From: Diplonema japonicum
Lineage: Eukaryota; Protista; Euglenozoa: Diplonemea
Direction of reading: 5' to 3'
Length of the DNA stretch: 64,000 nt
Assembly: GCA_964019335.1 (NCBI GenBank)
Contig: OZ025760.1
Location: 141,053-205,052 of the forward strand
The notes below the pieces were generated by a model. It saw nothing but the letters and a program-made list of their open reading frames with translations, ran no database searches and was not told where the DNA came from. The translations under genes were made by a program, and so were the position numbers. Position 1 is the first letter of the stretch, and every line of letters begins with the position of its first letter. This document shows, piece by piece, positions 23,558 to 35,533 of this stretch.

Positions 23558-26500
23558 TTACCAACCCTTTCCGTTACTTGTAACACACAAACTAGCATGC
23601 CGCGATATTGCAGGCTTGGGTTCGATATCTGGGAATCTGAAGGAGCCCGCAGACCGATTCCGCTGTAGCCGGCTGTTGTGTGGGCTCTCGTCGAGCACGG
23701 GTACGGTGAGATTTCCGTTGGACCTCTTTAGCTCAGTGACAAGAGCGGAAAATGCAGGCAGTACCTCTCGCAGCTTCTTCTCAATCAAGTCGATTTTTCG
23801 AGATTGCGCTCGGAGCTCTGACCACACCTCACTGTACTTGGTGTCGGGGATGTTTGGTTTCACGCTCGGCTGCTTTCTCGCAGCGTCTTCTTGCTCCTCC
23901 TGCTGCGTCCCCTTATCCTGCAAACTAATCGCCTTATTGCTTGGAAAGAACGACAAATCTAACCCTTGCATTCTGTTCCACACAAATGATTCCTGCCCGG
24001 TGAACTCCGACTGATCCTTTGTACGAAGATGATGGATGAAATAAATGTAAAACCACATATTGTGGTCCCGCTTTATGTGGCACTCGAATCCCATCGCATG
24101 TCTGTCGAACTCGGAAGATTCAATACCTTTTTTAAAAAAAAAAATCTTTTTTTTTATATTGAAACATACCGCATATAAAGCATTTTGTTCGGATTTCCTC
24201 CTCCACCTTCTGCTTCTCGGCACGAAGCTCCGCGAAGGTGTCGATGATGATCCCGAAAATTATGTTCAAGAGGATCACGATGACCACCACATAGAACGAG
24301 AACTCGAATGCCATTCGCAGCCCGTACATCGTGTCGATTGCTCCATCACCGTCAACGTCGAATTTCGGGGGGTGCTGCGTTTTTTTTTTTTTTTTTTTTT
24401 TTTTTCTATACCAACAGCTCCGAGATGCCCCCTGCGGCAATTCCCTTGAACAAGGTGTGGACAAACGTTCTGAAAATAGTAGCTGTGGTCTCCCCTGAGT
24501 CTTGGTAAGACGACCTGAAAAACATGAACCCCGCGACCGCAAAATGGTACACTATAATAACCGCCAGCAAACCCGTCAATAAGAGCGACTTCCCGTTCTT
24601 CGTGATCGACCTTATAACCGACTGAAGAATCGGACTGTTCGCCACGATCGAAAACAGCTGACTCGTGAAAAACAGCGGCGACACAAAGAGCCCCAACACT
24701 GAGCACAACACCATAAAGCACTGCGCTAAAAACTTCGCGTCCTTCAAAAGACACAGCAACACTTCCGCTGAATGGAAATCACCTTCCAATCTCGAGCTTT
24801 CAGGCTGACTGCTATCCTGTTGAACTTGCTGCGAGAAGATAGGCCGCATAGGATGCGGGGAGCCCCTCCGTGCTCTGGGTGAAATCCCATTCCGCCCTTT
24901 TGTCTGCATCAACCCCGGTATCTCATAACTGAAATCATCGTCTGCTAGGCAAGGCGACGCAAAGTTCGGTGATGGTGTCGATTCCGAGCTTGCACCCTGA
25001 TCGGGGGGGAGTAACTTATTTGGTTCGTGTTTGTCTCTGTCCTTGCTGATTTTCCCGGTGATCTCCGGTGATGTGATGGGGCTTGGTCTGTAATCCGACA
25101 TTCTACGCGGGGTTCTCACCGCCGGGGAGGCAACCCCTGAAGAGTACGTCCTGTACCCAAGACCTTCGTCGTCTTCATTGTCACTGCACCGCATCAACGG
25201 GTCCGGCTTCGGTACACGACGTAGCCCACGCAGAGTGTTGCTGAGGACTCCCTCCTTGCGGGATGATGTTAGCGAAGATCCCAGTTTTTCGGTACAACTG
25301 CTGAAAAGTATATCTTTTGCTTCGAGCTGGGGAGACGTGTCAAAGTGGTAACGGGTGTCTAACCGCAATGGAGATGCTACCATTTTGTTCCGACCGTTGG
25401 GAACATTCAGTCTTGCTGGCTGCATGTTGGGTGATTCCATGAACGCGCTGCTTCCTCCTGACACCCTTCGTTGGAACCCACTGTTTGGCGTCGCACGCTT
25501 CGGAGCACGCGGGGACCCGTACACACCCATGTCCGATCCTTTCCGGCTACCCATAGTTACATTAACGGAAGGCGGTGCGGGTATACACCCCATTGCAGGC
25601 GACTCCGGGTACGGATCTTCAGCTTGTCGAAGCTGGAGAAGAACCTCCGGCGACGTCGATCTTCGAGACCAACCTGCTGTGTTGCTGGACTTCAAAAACT
25701 TATGCGCCATGATAGGCCCCTCGGAGACCGCCTTGTTGACGGCAGACGCCGTGGTAAGCAACAGCTGCAGCGTCCCGAAGAAGTACAAGAGGAAGATGAG
25801 AAGCACGGAGTGCTCTTGCTCGATCATCGCAGCGTTGAGGAACGACAGGAGAAGCGAGATGTACACCGTGCAAGAATATATCCCCCAAGAGTGCCGGTGG
25901 ATGTACACAGCTACAATGGTTCCGATGGCAGCCACGTAACTTTTTTCCGCCCATTGTTGGAAGCCTGTCGACAACGCCTTCCTGGAAAAGTGGCTGTCGT
26001 TGTACTTCATCTCAAAGAGCGCATCATCAGCCATCGAGTAAAAGCTCAATATCCTAGCAGTCGGTGTGTCTCTATCCACAGACCACAGAATCCTTTTCTT
26101 TGTGGTTTCGGAGAGGTTTAGACAAAGCTCCGGGACTCTGAAGTAAACCCGTTGAAGGCGGCCTTCTCTCACCGCGATTTCTATGCGACCTGTCATGGCC
26201 TGGTAGTACATGAAACCCTTTTCGACCCTCATGAAGAATCGGTTGTCCGCCAGGATGTGCTGTTCGTCGAAGGCGGACAGTGTTTCCATGAAGATGTAGA
26301 GGTTGAACCCGAGCTCAAGTGCCGTGTCGTGTTCCTCGTTCCCACGTTTTCTGTTGGCCCAGCAGGCGTCCAGTGCGGACCCGATCAGTAACATTAAATC
26401 CGCGTTCTGCATCAGCATGTTGGGAACCTTGTTGTCCTCGCAGCCCTCCAACAACGAGAGCAGTGTGATGGTGGCCGCGTTCTGCATTTCATCGGTTTGC

Positions 26501-29500
26501 TCACGTGTTATCCTGCCTGCAGTGGCACCCTCGTACTCCAGCTTCAGTACTGTTGAAACTTCCTTCGCAAGGTGCGCGTTGACCAAAGCTTCTTGATTCG
26601 TTTTGCAAGGCCCTTGACAGTACTCCGTAAGTGAGTTGAAACATTGCAGAAGTAAGTCGAACAAAACTGGTTCGTAACAAGCTGGTGGGACGGATATCAC
26701 GGATTTTAAAACAAGCAGGCTCTCCTTGACGAGGTCTACGGAATGCAGGTTGTCGGGTTGCGAATGTATGTAGTTCTGCAGCTCGTTGTTGTGTCCCTCG
26801 CAGAAGAGCTGAAGAAGTCTTAACGTTTTCGTAACGCATTGTATGGTAGAAGCAGGGCCGATCCTCGCGGGGGAGAGCGGGAATCTGTGCGACATCCCTG
26901 TTTGATCTGTTAACCACCGTCGCTTCTCCTTTACCTCAACGTCCTTCAGCTCCACTACGGCGGAGTGCAGCTTCTGTCTGATGCATTGAAAGAAAGCCTC
27001 GTCGCTGATTGAATCGAAGTACGACATCAACTGTGCCTGCACTTGCAGGTTCCCCCCTTCCAGCATTGCTATACCAAAGGCCAACGCGTAGTTAACAATA
27101 GCTTCATCGGGGGCTTCAATAAGGGACGACATGAGCAGCGTGCAGCCCAGTCTGTCAAGGTTGCACTGCATTTGACGCATGGCTTCGTCGCCTCCTTTAT
27201 CTTTCTCCGATGTGATTAGATGAGTGAAGACCCTCAGAATGAAGCAGACGCTGAACGTGTCGTCGAAAGAGTTCGAGAAGTGCGATACCAAGTGCCGTAC
27301 GATGACGCCTGAGGTGTTCTGAGTTGATGCGAGCTGTGCTGGTCGGTGTAGGACGTCTTGCTTGATGATGCTGGACAGTCCCACAACCGCCGCGTTCTCC
27401 CTCCCGTCCGCTTCCGGAGGGAAGTCGCCGTACCCTGCACACAATGGGTCGTCGACTAGCGATTTGCAAAGCAGTCTGAACGCGACTTTAAACAACTCGT
27501 CGTCACCTTGGTACATGCTGACCTCTAGTAGAACCTTCGATAAGGCATGGCTGCCCTGCAGCACCCCTGCATGGGTTTCGACAGAATCAACCCACTTCGA
27601 CATCGCCTGGCCCTGCCGTGCTGTGCATTCCAAAAGCTGGCACGCTACTATTTTGCACCCCGTCACCGTTTTGTTGTTTTCCGACTCGCGGAAATTCGCA
27701 TCTTCATGTCCTTGTTTCGGCAGTGCTTCCACCACAGCCTGCTGCCACATACCAGTGGCGGCGTCCTTCTTCTTCGAGAAGTACCCGACGAGCTTCGCGG
27801 CGCCGCTTGTAAGGGTGCAATGGCTTGCCTCGTCCATTGTGTCTGTGGACGGGTCAAGCAGCTGGACGAGGATTGGAGCGAGCTTCTGAAGCTCCTGTTG
27901 GCTGAACCGGTTGTTCTCCACAAGGAGGAGGAGACATTTCAGAGTCTCGCGCACCTGTTCGTTTCTGCCCACCTTCGGGGAGCACAACGATGTGTTCCGC
28001 TTGATATCGTTGCACAGCAGCCTTTTCCATCTCGAGACCAAATCGCCAGGATCCTTCTTCCCACTGGGTGCCAGGTACAGCATCCTGGCAAGGGCAAGGA
28101 ACCGGGTACGAACGGCGTCTCCAAGCGCAGTGGTGTGGGAGCTGGTTGGGTTGGAGAGAAGCCCTTTTTCCAGCGCGACTAAAATGTGGCCACGGGGGAT
28201 CAGGTCAGAGACGTTTTCCCTGCATTCGGGGTTCCCAGCGCAGAGAGCCGCCATCAGATTCAACTGCCGTTCGTAGTACTTTACAGACCGATAGGTCCCG
28301 GTGGCTATGAAGTTTTGCATTGGAACCCACTGTTGGTTCTGCCAGTCGCTGATATCGTGGTGAGTCGTGTCGCCTAGCGGAGTCACCAGGTCGAATATGG
28401 TTGAGGTGTGGAAGTTCAACGACGCATCGCTGGAGTGCTCGGGGAGGATCTCGACTTCTAAAGCGCCTTTGTTCAAACGGGTTCGGTGCAACAACCGGCC
28501 GGGCTGGTTCTGCAACCGGAGAACCTCAGTGCATACTAACGTTTGCGTGCGTGGGATGCCTTCACCGCTTGTCTCGCACACCGCAGACAGAAGATTGAGG
28601 TAAGACGGACTCCGCCCGTAGGAAGGAACGAGGTTAACAAACCGCTTGATTGTCGCGTCTTTAAGTTGCGACAGAACCCGCTCGTGGTCATGCACAATGG
28701 CGTGGACGGTATCGGCAGCATTGAGCCGGTACCCGGACTGGGTTTCGAAGAAACTGATGTAAGGGACGAGGTCGTTGGCAGCCTGTTCGAACCCAGCGAC
28801 TAGCAAGGTGATGAGCCTGTATCCCAATCGGAGGATGACAGAGAGCGAGTCATAGTTCCGGACCGAGTCGAGGGTGATGTTCTTGTTGGTGAAGGGAGCA
28901 GACACTAGTTTGTACACCATGTGGTGAACGCCCTGCTCGTACAGAATTTTCTGACCCTTTTTGACAGGCCGAAGCTTTTTCACGAACAGCTCCTCGGCTT
29001 CCCTCACTGCTGTTGCAGTTGACGGAGGGATGTTCGGCGGTCGGACGCCCTCAAGGATCACCTCCCCCGAGACGAATGCTATCAGATCTGAGAGGACCGT
29101 TATGATAGATGAGATCACCGCTTTGAGGTTTGCACGCCACGCGGATCGCTTGAGCTGGTCCAAGGTGTTCTTGATGAGCTTGTCGGACCCAAGACACGAA
29201 ATGGCTTCGGTTGTTTCTATAACAGAAAGCTCCCTTCGTTTGTAGAGCTTTCGGTTGTACATCCAAGAGACGGACGATATATTCTGCTGTTTGCTTAAAC
29301 CCGAGGTGGTACGGTGTAGAATCGGTTTAGGGCGTTGCTGCCTGCAGCTGCACAAAACTGCAGCGGAGAGAACCGTCATAACAGCGGAGCTTTCTTCTGA
29401 AGTGACGTCTTCCTCGTCACAGTTCCGGCATATAATCAACGGGGCGATGGCGGCCAGCAATTCTTCCCGGAGCGAGGTCGAACCAGAGGGCGACGAAACA

Positions 29501-30852
29501 TCATCTAGCGAATCTGCGAATGATTGTGGAGACAAGTCCGACGCAACTTCATTCCAAACAGCGTAAGTCGATTTTGATTCGAATATCTCAGAAGCAGCTT
29601 TTAAAAGGGGAAGCATAGACCCGACACGTTGCAGTGCTGGTGCGATACCGTACTCCGCATGGTGTATGGCGAAGAGGTCTTCATATATAGGACGCGGTGC
29701 AACGGCCGCAGTGTACCCAGCACCCTCACCAACATCGGAGGTGCAATGGACCCACGTCCCGCTCTTCACCATTTCAAGACGAGCATACCCGCCTGCCTTC
29801 ATAACCTCGTCCTGGTTGTCTAAAGGATGAAAGCTGATCAAAGTGTCATCGATGTAGTCTTCGGTACCATGAACCAGCGACGACACAAGCCCTAATCGTT
29901 GCCTTTGAACAGCGTGCGATGAAGGTCCATTCTGTGCCATGTTAGCATGGCAGCACAGGTATTTACCTGTTGCAAGATGCCGTAATCGGTAAGCTGCTTG
30001 TGCACCTCCGAGCGATGCCGCGGCGATGGTGCCTCCTGTAACAATCTGATTCGATTCGATAATCCACACAGCTCCAGATGGTTGCGGGACGTCTCGTACA
30101 GAGTACGTTGCCTTCGGTGGTTTTACAGGTGTGAAGGATACTGATGACGGGCCGCCTTCGAAAAACGCTTCTTTTTCTTTGTGAAATAGAACAACTGGAT
30201 CGCCTACCCGCAGAGGGGCAACTCCTGTCGTGTGGTCTGGCTGGCTTGCTTGTATGTCGAAAGCCTCGATTGCCCATACTGTTTCTGAGGATGGTTTTTG
30301 CGACAACCCCACACCCCTCCCTGTTGGACGACACGCTCCGTTAGGAAGAGGCGCGAAAGATATTCTTGAAAAAGACGGTCCCACCGATAAGTATTTCGAC
30401 GTAGAGACGGATTCGAGAAGGAGTTGTTCCCCAGCTCGAACAACCTCTCCTTCCTCGCGGATTCTTCCCTTTGGGAGGAGGCGGAAGGTTTCTTCTAAAG
30501 AAACACTAGCGCCTTCGATCCTCTCGGCTAGGCAAAGCCCGACTTGATCGCTGTCTTCTTCATGTGGGACAACTTGTAGGACTTGATTGGCTATGACGGA
30601 GCTGAGTCTGACGCATGAACCATATGTCACTGATCGTACCCCGTCCACGGCTTGGTCCTCCACGGGGCGCAGGATGCTGAAGACGCACCTTTCGAACCCT
30701 TTCGGTATCGTCACCATGCCCACCCCTTCCAGCTGGTGCATTTCGTGAACCGTGACGGTTGGGTAGCACTTCCCGTTCATGAAGTTCCCGCAGAGATGCC
30801 CCTCCGTCAGTATCGGGGACAGCGTTATCTCGTCACCATATTGAAGCTCCAT
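23558..30852 (-). CDS. Inositol 1,4,5-trisphosphate/ryanodine receptor family Ca2+ channel (3 exons)
   Basis: MIR-like YRLRHLATGKYL, RIH-associated LRLLQLFCEGHN...LTEYCQGPC..NQ, S6 ILLNIIFGIIIDTFAELR and CFICG...HNMWFY. Introns 24411-24375 and 24169-24127. Confidence 0.93.
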
Positions 30853-31013
30853 TTAAACAAAAAAAAAAGGAGAGGGGGGGAGGCCCCCCCGCCCGACCCC
30901 CCCCACCCCGTTGTGTTTCTCCCCTCCTTTCTAACCGGATGTATAAAAAAAAAATTTTATCCAATGGAAAAAAATTTTTTAAAAAAAAAGAAAAAAAAAA
31001 AAAAAAAAGAAAC

Positions 31014-31676
31014 TCATCGTTTCCATTGGACAGCGAAGGTGTATTGTGATTCGTAAAGAATCTCGTTCGATACGCTGCTTGGCCGTGGTAAGAGCGACCT
31101 CCAAGGGTTTAGTTCTGTCCCCCATACGTACCAAGGGAACGGGTCTTCAACAGGGGGATGGTACTCGGGGCCCCACAGTTCTTTGATCAAATCATCGACG
31201 ACTTCCTCATCAGCGTCTGACTCAACCGGTGAGTAAGATGTAATGACGAAAGGCACCGAACTCGACTGGAGGATAAGCGCACGCACTGCGGGCCGCCAAG
31301 AAGGGTAACCCCATAGTCCTGCATTGAAAGCTATGCAGAATGTGGGTGGTGGGGTTGCTCGCTCTGTCACGTAATCTTCGTACATTTGCTTGTGGCATTG
31401 AATGCCGTTCGCCGTGATGCCGTCTAGTTCAGCAGGGACGTTGGGGCCCACCAGTACGAGCATTAATTTGTATCCTTTGCTTTTCGCGTCCAGCATTGCC
31501 TCTTCAAAACATTTTTCTACAGCCTGCATCGTCCTCCCCTCCAAATCGTCGCAGCCAACAAGCTCCACAATCCTGTCTCCTGTCAGTTTTAACTTCTCAA
31601 AGCACCACAGGAGCGTCCGCGCCCTTGTTCGCTGCTGTGTCTCGGCTGCTGGTGTATCTTCGTCCCACTCTGACAT
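31014..31676 (-). CDS. MSS51/ZMYND15 C-terminal-domain-like protein
   Basis: CIAFNAGLWGYPSW...PFVITSYS...NPWRS. ATG follows a poly(A) run. Confidence 0.7.
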   Translation of the reverse strand: MSEWDEDTPAAETQQRTRARTLLWCFEKLKLTGDRIVELVGCDDLEGRTMQAVEKCFEEAMLDAKSKGYKLMLVLVGPNVPAELDGITANGIQCHKQMYEDYVTERATPPPTFCIAFNAGLWGYPSWRPAVRALILQSSSVPFVITSYSPVESDADEEVVDDLIKELWGPEYHPPVEDPFPWYVWGTELNPWRSLLPRPSSVSNEILYESQYTFAVQWKR

Positions 31677-32275
31677 TTTTTTTTTTTTTTTTTTTTTCCT
31701 GCAATTTTTTTTTTCTTTTCTTTTTAGGGATTGGGAAAATAAAATAAAAAACTCAGGAAACAAAAAAAAAAAAAAAAAGAAGACAAGAAAAACCGAAACT
31801 GACGGGGGTGTAAAGGGAAGCAAGATATGTTTTTTCTTTTTAAAAAAACTCTTGAAGGACAGGAGGGGAAAACAACTTTGGAGGGGGAGGGGGGGGATCA
31901 AACCTTACAGAGGCCCAAAAAATAAAACATTTGGCCGTATCCGTCCCCGCAAAAAAAAAAAAACATGTTGGTGCAAACAGCCAGACACAGGAACGAGAAG
32001 TCAAGGGCCCGATATGCACTGGCTCTCGCACCATGTGTTTAAGTTGCAAGCACACAGACCCCATGCTCGCCAAGCTTCAGGAGAAGACGCTCTGCTATGT
32101 GAACAACGAAAAGGGGTGGCGATAGCAACACCGCCACCGCCACCGCCACCGACAGGCAGTGACAACATGAGGTGGACATCAAAGGCAGCAGTGACGAGGT
32201 GCCCTGTGACGAGCAGCCACGTGGTAGGACTGCATACCAGAGAAAGAAGACGCTTGTGGCGGATCAGCCAATCTT

Positions 32276-32321
<46 letters not shown>

Positions 32322-32911
32322 TCGCGGTGGTGGAGACATGGCATTTTCTTGACGAAAATACTCTTTTCTTATTGTGTGTTTCTATAGTATTTCCCTTTTT
32401 TTCTTTTTGTTTTGTTCTTCCCCGCTTTGTATCACAGATAGGATCTATCACTAGAGGCTATCTCTTTTTTATTTTTATTTTTTTTTTTGGCAGTTGATTT
32501 TATACAAGGAGGATATTTTTGAAATCAACATTTTTGTCACCCAACAAAAAAAAAAGAGCCGATTTTTCAGTATTGCTATCACTATTTTCTCCCCTCTTCC
32601 CCAAAAAAAAAAAAAAAAAAGAAACGTAATAAAGACCTTGTTTTTACATAAAAAGAAACGTCAGTTGAAAATTTTTCTTCTTTCTTCTCGTTTTATTGTC
32701 TTGCGTTCCCTTTTTTTTTCCCAGTATAGAGAAAAGGCAGAGAGAGAGAGGTAGGAACCTACTTTTATATTCCCCCCCCCCCCCGCCTCCCTTCTTCTTC
32801 TTTTTTCTCTCTCTTTACACAATTAAAGAAAGGAACACGTCCTAGAAAGGAAAGAAGAAGAAAAATAGCAAACAAGATCATCAGGCAGGAGAAACAAAAA
32901 AAAAAGAGAAA

Positions 32912-32944
<33 letters not shown>

Positions 32945-33254
32945 AGCGGAACTCAGTCGGTGTTGGTGCGTGACTGTGGGAGGAGAAAGGGGAAGAATAT
33001 TTGTCCCCGCCCTCCCCTCCCCTCCCTCCCGCCCCTTGTTTTTGTGTAGACATTGAGCTACAAAGTTTTTTAATCGCACTAAAAAAAAAAAAAAAAAAGG
33101 AGAGGGGGGAGACAATTTTTTTTGTTTGTGCACAGCCGGGATTAACCTGTAGAAGGATAAGCCCAACAATGTTTACCACTACTTTTTTTTTTTTTTTTAA
33201 AGCACTAACAATTCATTATCAAGGCGAAAAACAATATCTGTGTCAAAAACTCCG

Positions 33255-33285
<31 letters not shown>

Positions 33286-33362
33286 TTTTTTTCTTGCTTT
33301 GACCAGTTCTTCGCCACCATGTATACGGTTTTTCATTAAAAAAAAAAAAAAAAAAAAAAAAA

Positions 33363-35258
33363 TCATTCTCCAAACAAATTCCCCGGTTCGGGCAAGCTGG
33401 TGCTGGGCTTTCCCACGGACACTAAGAACGGGTGCGCGATCAGCTCCTTGGCGCTAGGGCGGTCCTCCGGCTGTATAACCAAACAGCTATGCATGAACGA
33501 CGTCGCCTGCTCCGACACATGCGTTGGAAGGTTAGTAGGCAAAGTCGTAGAAGAAGCAATATGATAAATTGCTGCCCACATAGTTGGATAGATAGGCCAC
33601 GGCGGCGCGCCCTTATTGAGCATTTCAGAGACTGTGCATCCAACAGACCACACATCGGAAGCAGTTCCATAAATTGCATCACCACCTATAACCTCAGGAG
33701 CCATCCAGTAAGGGGTTCCCACCATAGTGGAACAACCTTTGTTGTTGTTGCACGCGTTTTGAATCTTTTTCGAGCATCCGAAATCCGCCAGCTTCACAAC
33801 CCCGTCGTTGCGGACGAGCACGTTTTCACCTTTTATGTCACGATGTGCTACTTTCATGTTGTGAAGGTACGCCAGGCCTTCTAACAACTGTATAGTGTAA
33901 CGTTTAGCAAGAGCTTCGTCCAAATATGTTGGAAGCCTCTTAACAAGAGAAGACAACGATCCACCGTCGACGAATTCCATGAAAATGTGTAGTTTTACCA
34001 AATGACGGTCGTACTCGACGTCGAGGTACTGGGTGATGTTTGTGTGGGAGAAGTCCTTCATGAGAGAAACCTCCGTAAGAAGATCACAGATCGATTTTTC
34101 AGACACGCCTTTACTGAGGTCGACGACCTTAACAGCGACGAAGAGACCCGTGTGTAGAATACCTAGATACACCTCACCAAAGGAACCCTTACCTATCATG
34201 TGGGATTTCTGCCATTTGTCGAACGTGGAGCGATCGGATTTTACATTAAGCAACATGTCGGGGGTTGGAATGACAGATGAATCCGGCTGCATCGACGCGA
34301 CGAGACCAGACTGTACAGATTGAATGGAGGTTTCTAATGGTTGCGGTTCAGGGGTTTTTTCATCCTTCATTCCGAGGCTGACCTGCGCCACGGATTGAAC
34401 CACGGACGGGAACACAGAACTGTACACCGTGTCCATTGGGGATGTGACTATAACATCAGCAGACGCTTCCAAAGGGTTCTTCGTCTGGTCATGCTCGATG
34501 ACTTTCAATTCCTCTTGTACTGGCTTAACAGGTGGAAGTGAATCTTTTGCTCTCTTATCAGCGACACCCTGTATCTTCCCACGCCTCCAAGACCTCACGA
34601 TCCCGCATAAGGTAAGAGCGACCAACAGAAACGACACCACCGACACTGCGAGGACTATTAGAAGCCATGCTGGGAGATTGTCCGAAGACGATGGGCTGGT
34701 GGTTGTGGTTGGTTGGAAGATTGCAGTGCAGAGCTCCTCGGTGTTGGTGCACACGGCGTAGTCCGGGTCTGTGAGGCAGCGGGAGTATACGTTCTCCCCG
34801 CAACTGTACTTTAAACGGCAAGCGTGGGTTTCTGTTTTGCATGATGGGGTGCATTCTTGCAGCGTGCACACGTCCAGTTTGCGAACGCAGTTTATGGCGT
34901 ACTCGTATGAAGGGAGGTCGCAGCCCCACGCCTTGCAGATATCCCATTCGTGAGTTGCCACCGCGCTCTGGTTGCTCGTATTATGGGGGAACATTATCTT
35001 ACCATCGAACCCGTCTTGACATATGTCATCTGCTTCGGTGATGCAGTGGCTGAAGTTGCACCATGCCTTCGCCCTGTAGTAGGTGTCGAAGTTTTGATTG
35101 TCTCTGTTTGTGTATACTGCACAGTTGCACCCGGGGCTCATGCAGCACTCCGTCTCGCATTCTGCGATCTTGTCCGCGCATTGTTCGCTCAGAGCAGCGG
35201 ACGCGGTGGCCGACAGGCTTGCCGCGAGGTAGACTGTTAAATAGATTGTTGGCTTCAT
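33363..35258 (-). CDS. Receptor-like Ser/Thr kinase: signal peptide, Cys-rich ectodomain, TM helix, STE11/MEKK-type kinase
   Basis: MKPTIYLTVYLAASLSATA, WLLIVLAVSVVSFLLVALTLCGIV, GKGSFGEVY, VAVK, HRDIKGEN, DFG and GTPYWMAPE. Confidence 0.92.
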   Translation of the reverse strand: MKPTIYLTVYLAASLSATASAALSEQCADKIAECETECCMSPGCNCAVYTNRDNQNFDTYYRAKAWCNFSHCITEADDICQDGFDGKIMFPHNTSNQSAVATHEWDICKAWGCDLPSYEYAINCVRKLDVCTLQECTPSCKTETHACRLKYSCGENVYSRCLTDPDYAVCTNTEELCTAIFQPTTTTSPSSSDNLPAWLLIVLAVSVVSFLLVALTLCGIVRSWRRGKIQGVADKRAKDSLPPVKPVQEELKVIEHDQTKNPLEASADVIVTSPMDTVYSSVFPSVVQSVAQVSLGMKDEKTPEPQPLETSIQSVQSGLVASMQPDSSVIPTPDMLLNVKSDRSTFDKWQKSHMIGKGSFGEVYLGILHTGLFVAVKVVDLSKGVSEKSICDLLTEVSLMKDFSHTNITQYLDVEYDRHLVKLHIFMEFVDGGSLSSLVKRLPTYLDEALAKRYTIQLLEGLAYLHNMKVAHRDIKGENVLVRNDGVVKLADFGCSKKIQNACNNNKGCSTMVGTPYWMAPEVIGGDAIYGTASDVWSVGCTVSEMLNKGAPPWPIYPTMWAAIYHIASSTTLPTNLPTHVSEQATSFMHSCLVIQPEDRPSAKELIAHPFLVSVGKPSTSLPEPGNLFGE

Positions 35259-35288
35259 GACATTTCCCTCTTTTTGTTTCTTTCTTTC

Positions 35289-35328
<40 letters not shown>

Positions 35329-35533
35329 TGCTGTGTTGTGTGTGTTTTGTTGTTGTTGTTGTAGTGAAATGAACAAACTAAAAAAAGAATGACCAGCGTG
35401 TCGCTATCATCTTAACCAGTCGAGTCTTGCTGTCCCAATGGGGGCACCAAGGAGGTCGAAGACCCAGCAAACAAAAAAAAAAAAAAAAAAAAAAAAAAAA
35501 ACACACACACACGCACATGCTGTAAAGCGTGTG

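Noticed and set aside
22864-23668. ORFs of FFSFL or KKRKE repeats
   Set aside because: Translations of the AAAAG microsatellite.
31960-32340. Complex-sequence island with short ORFs on both strands
   Set aside because: No motif and no consistent exon structure could be built.
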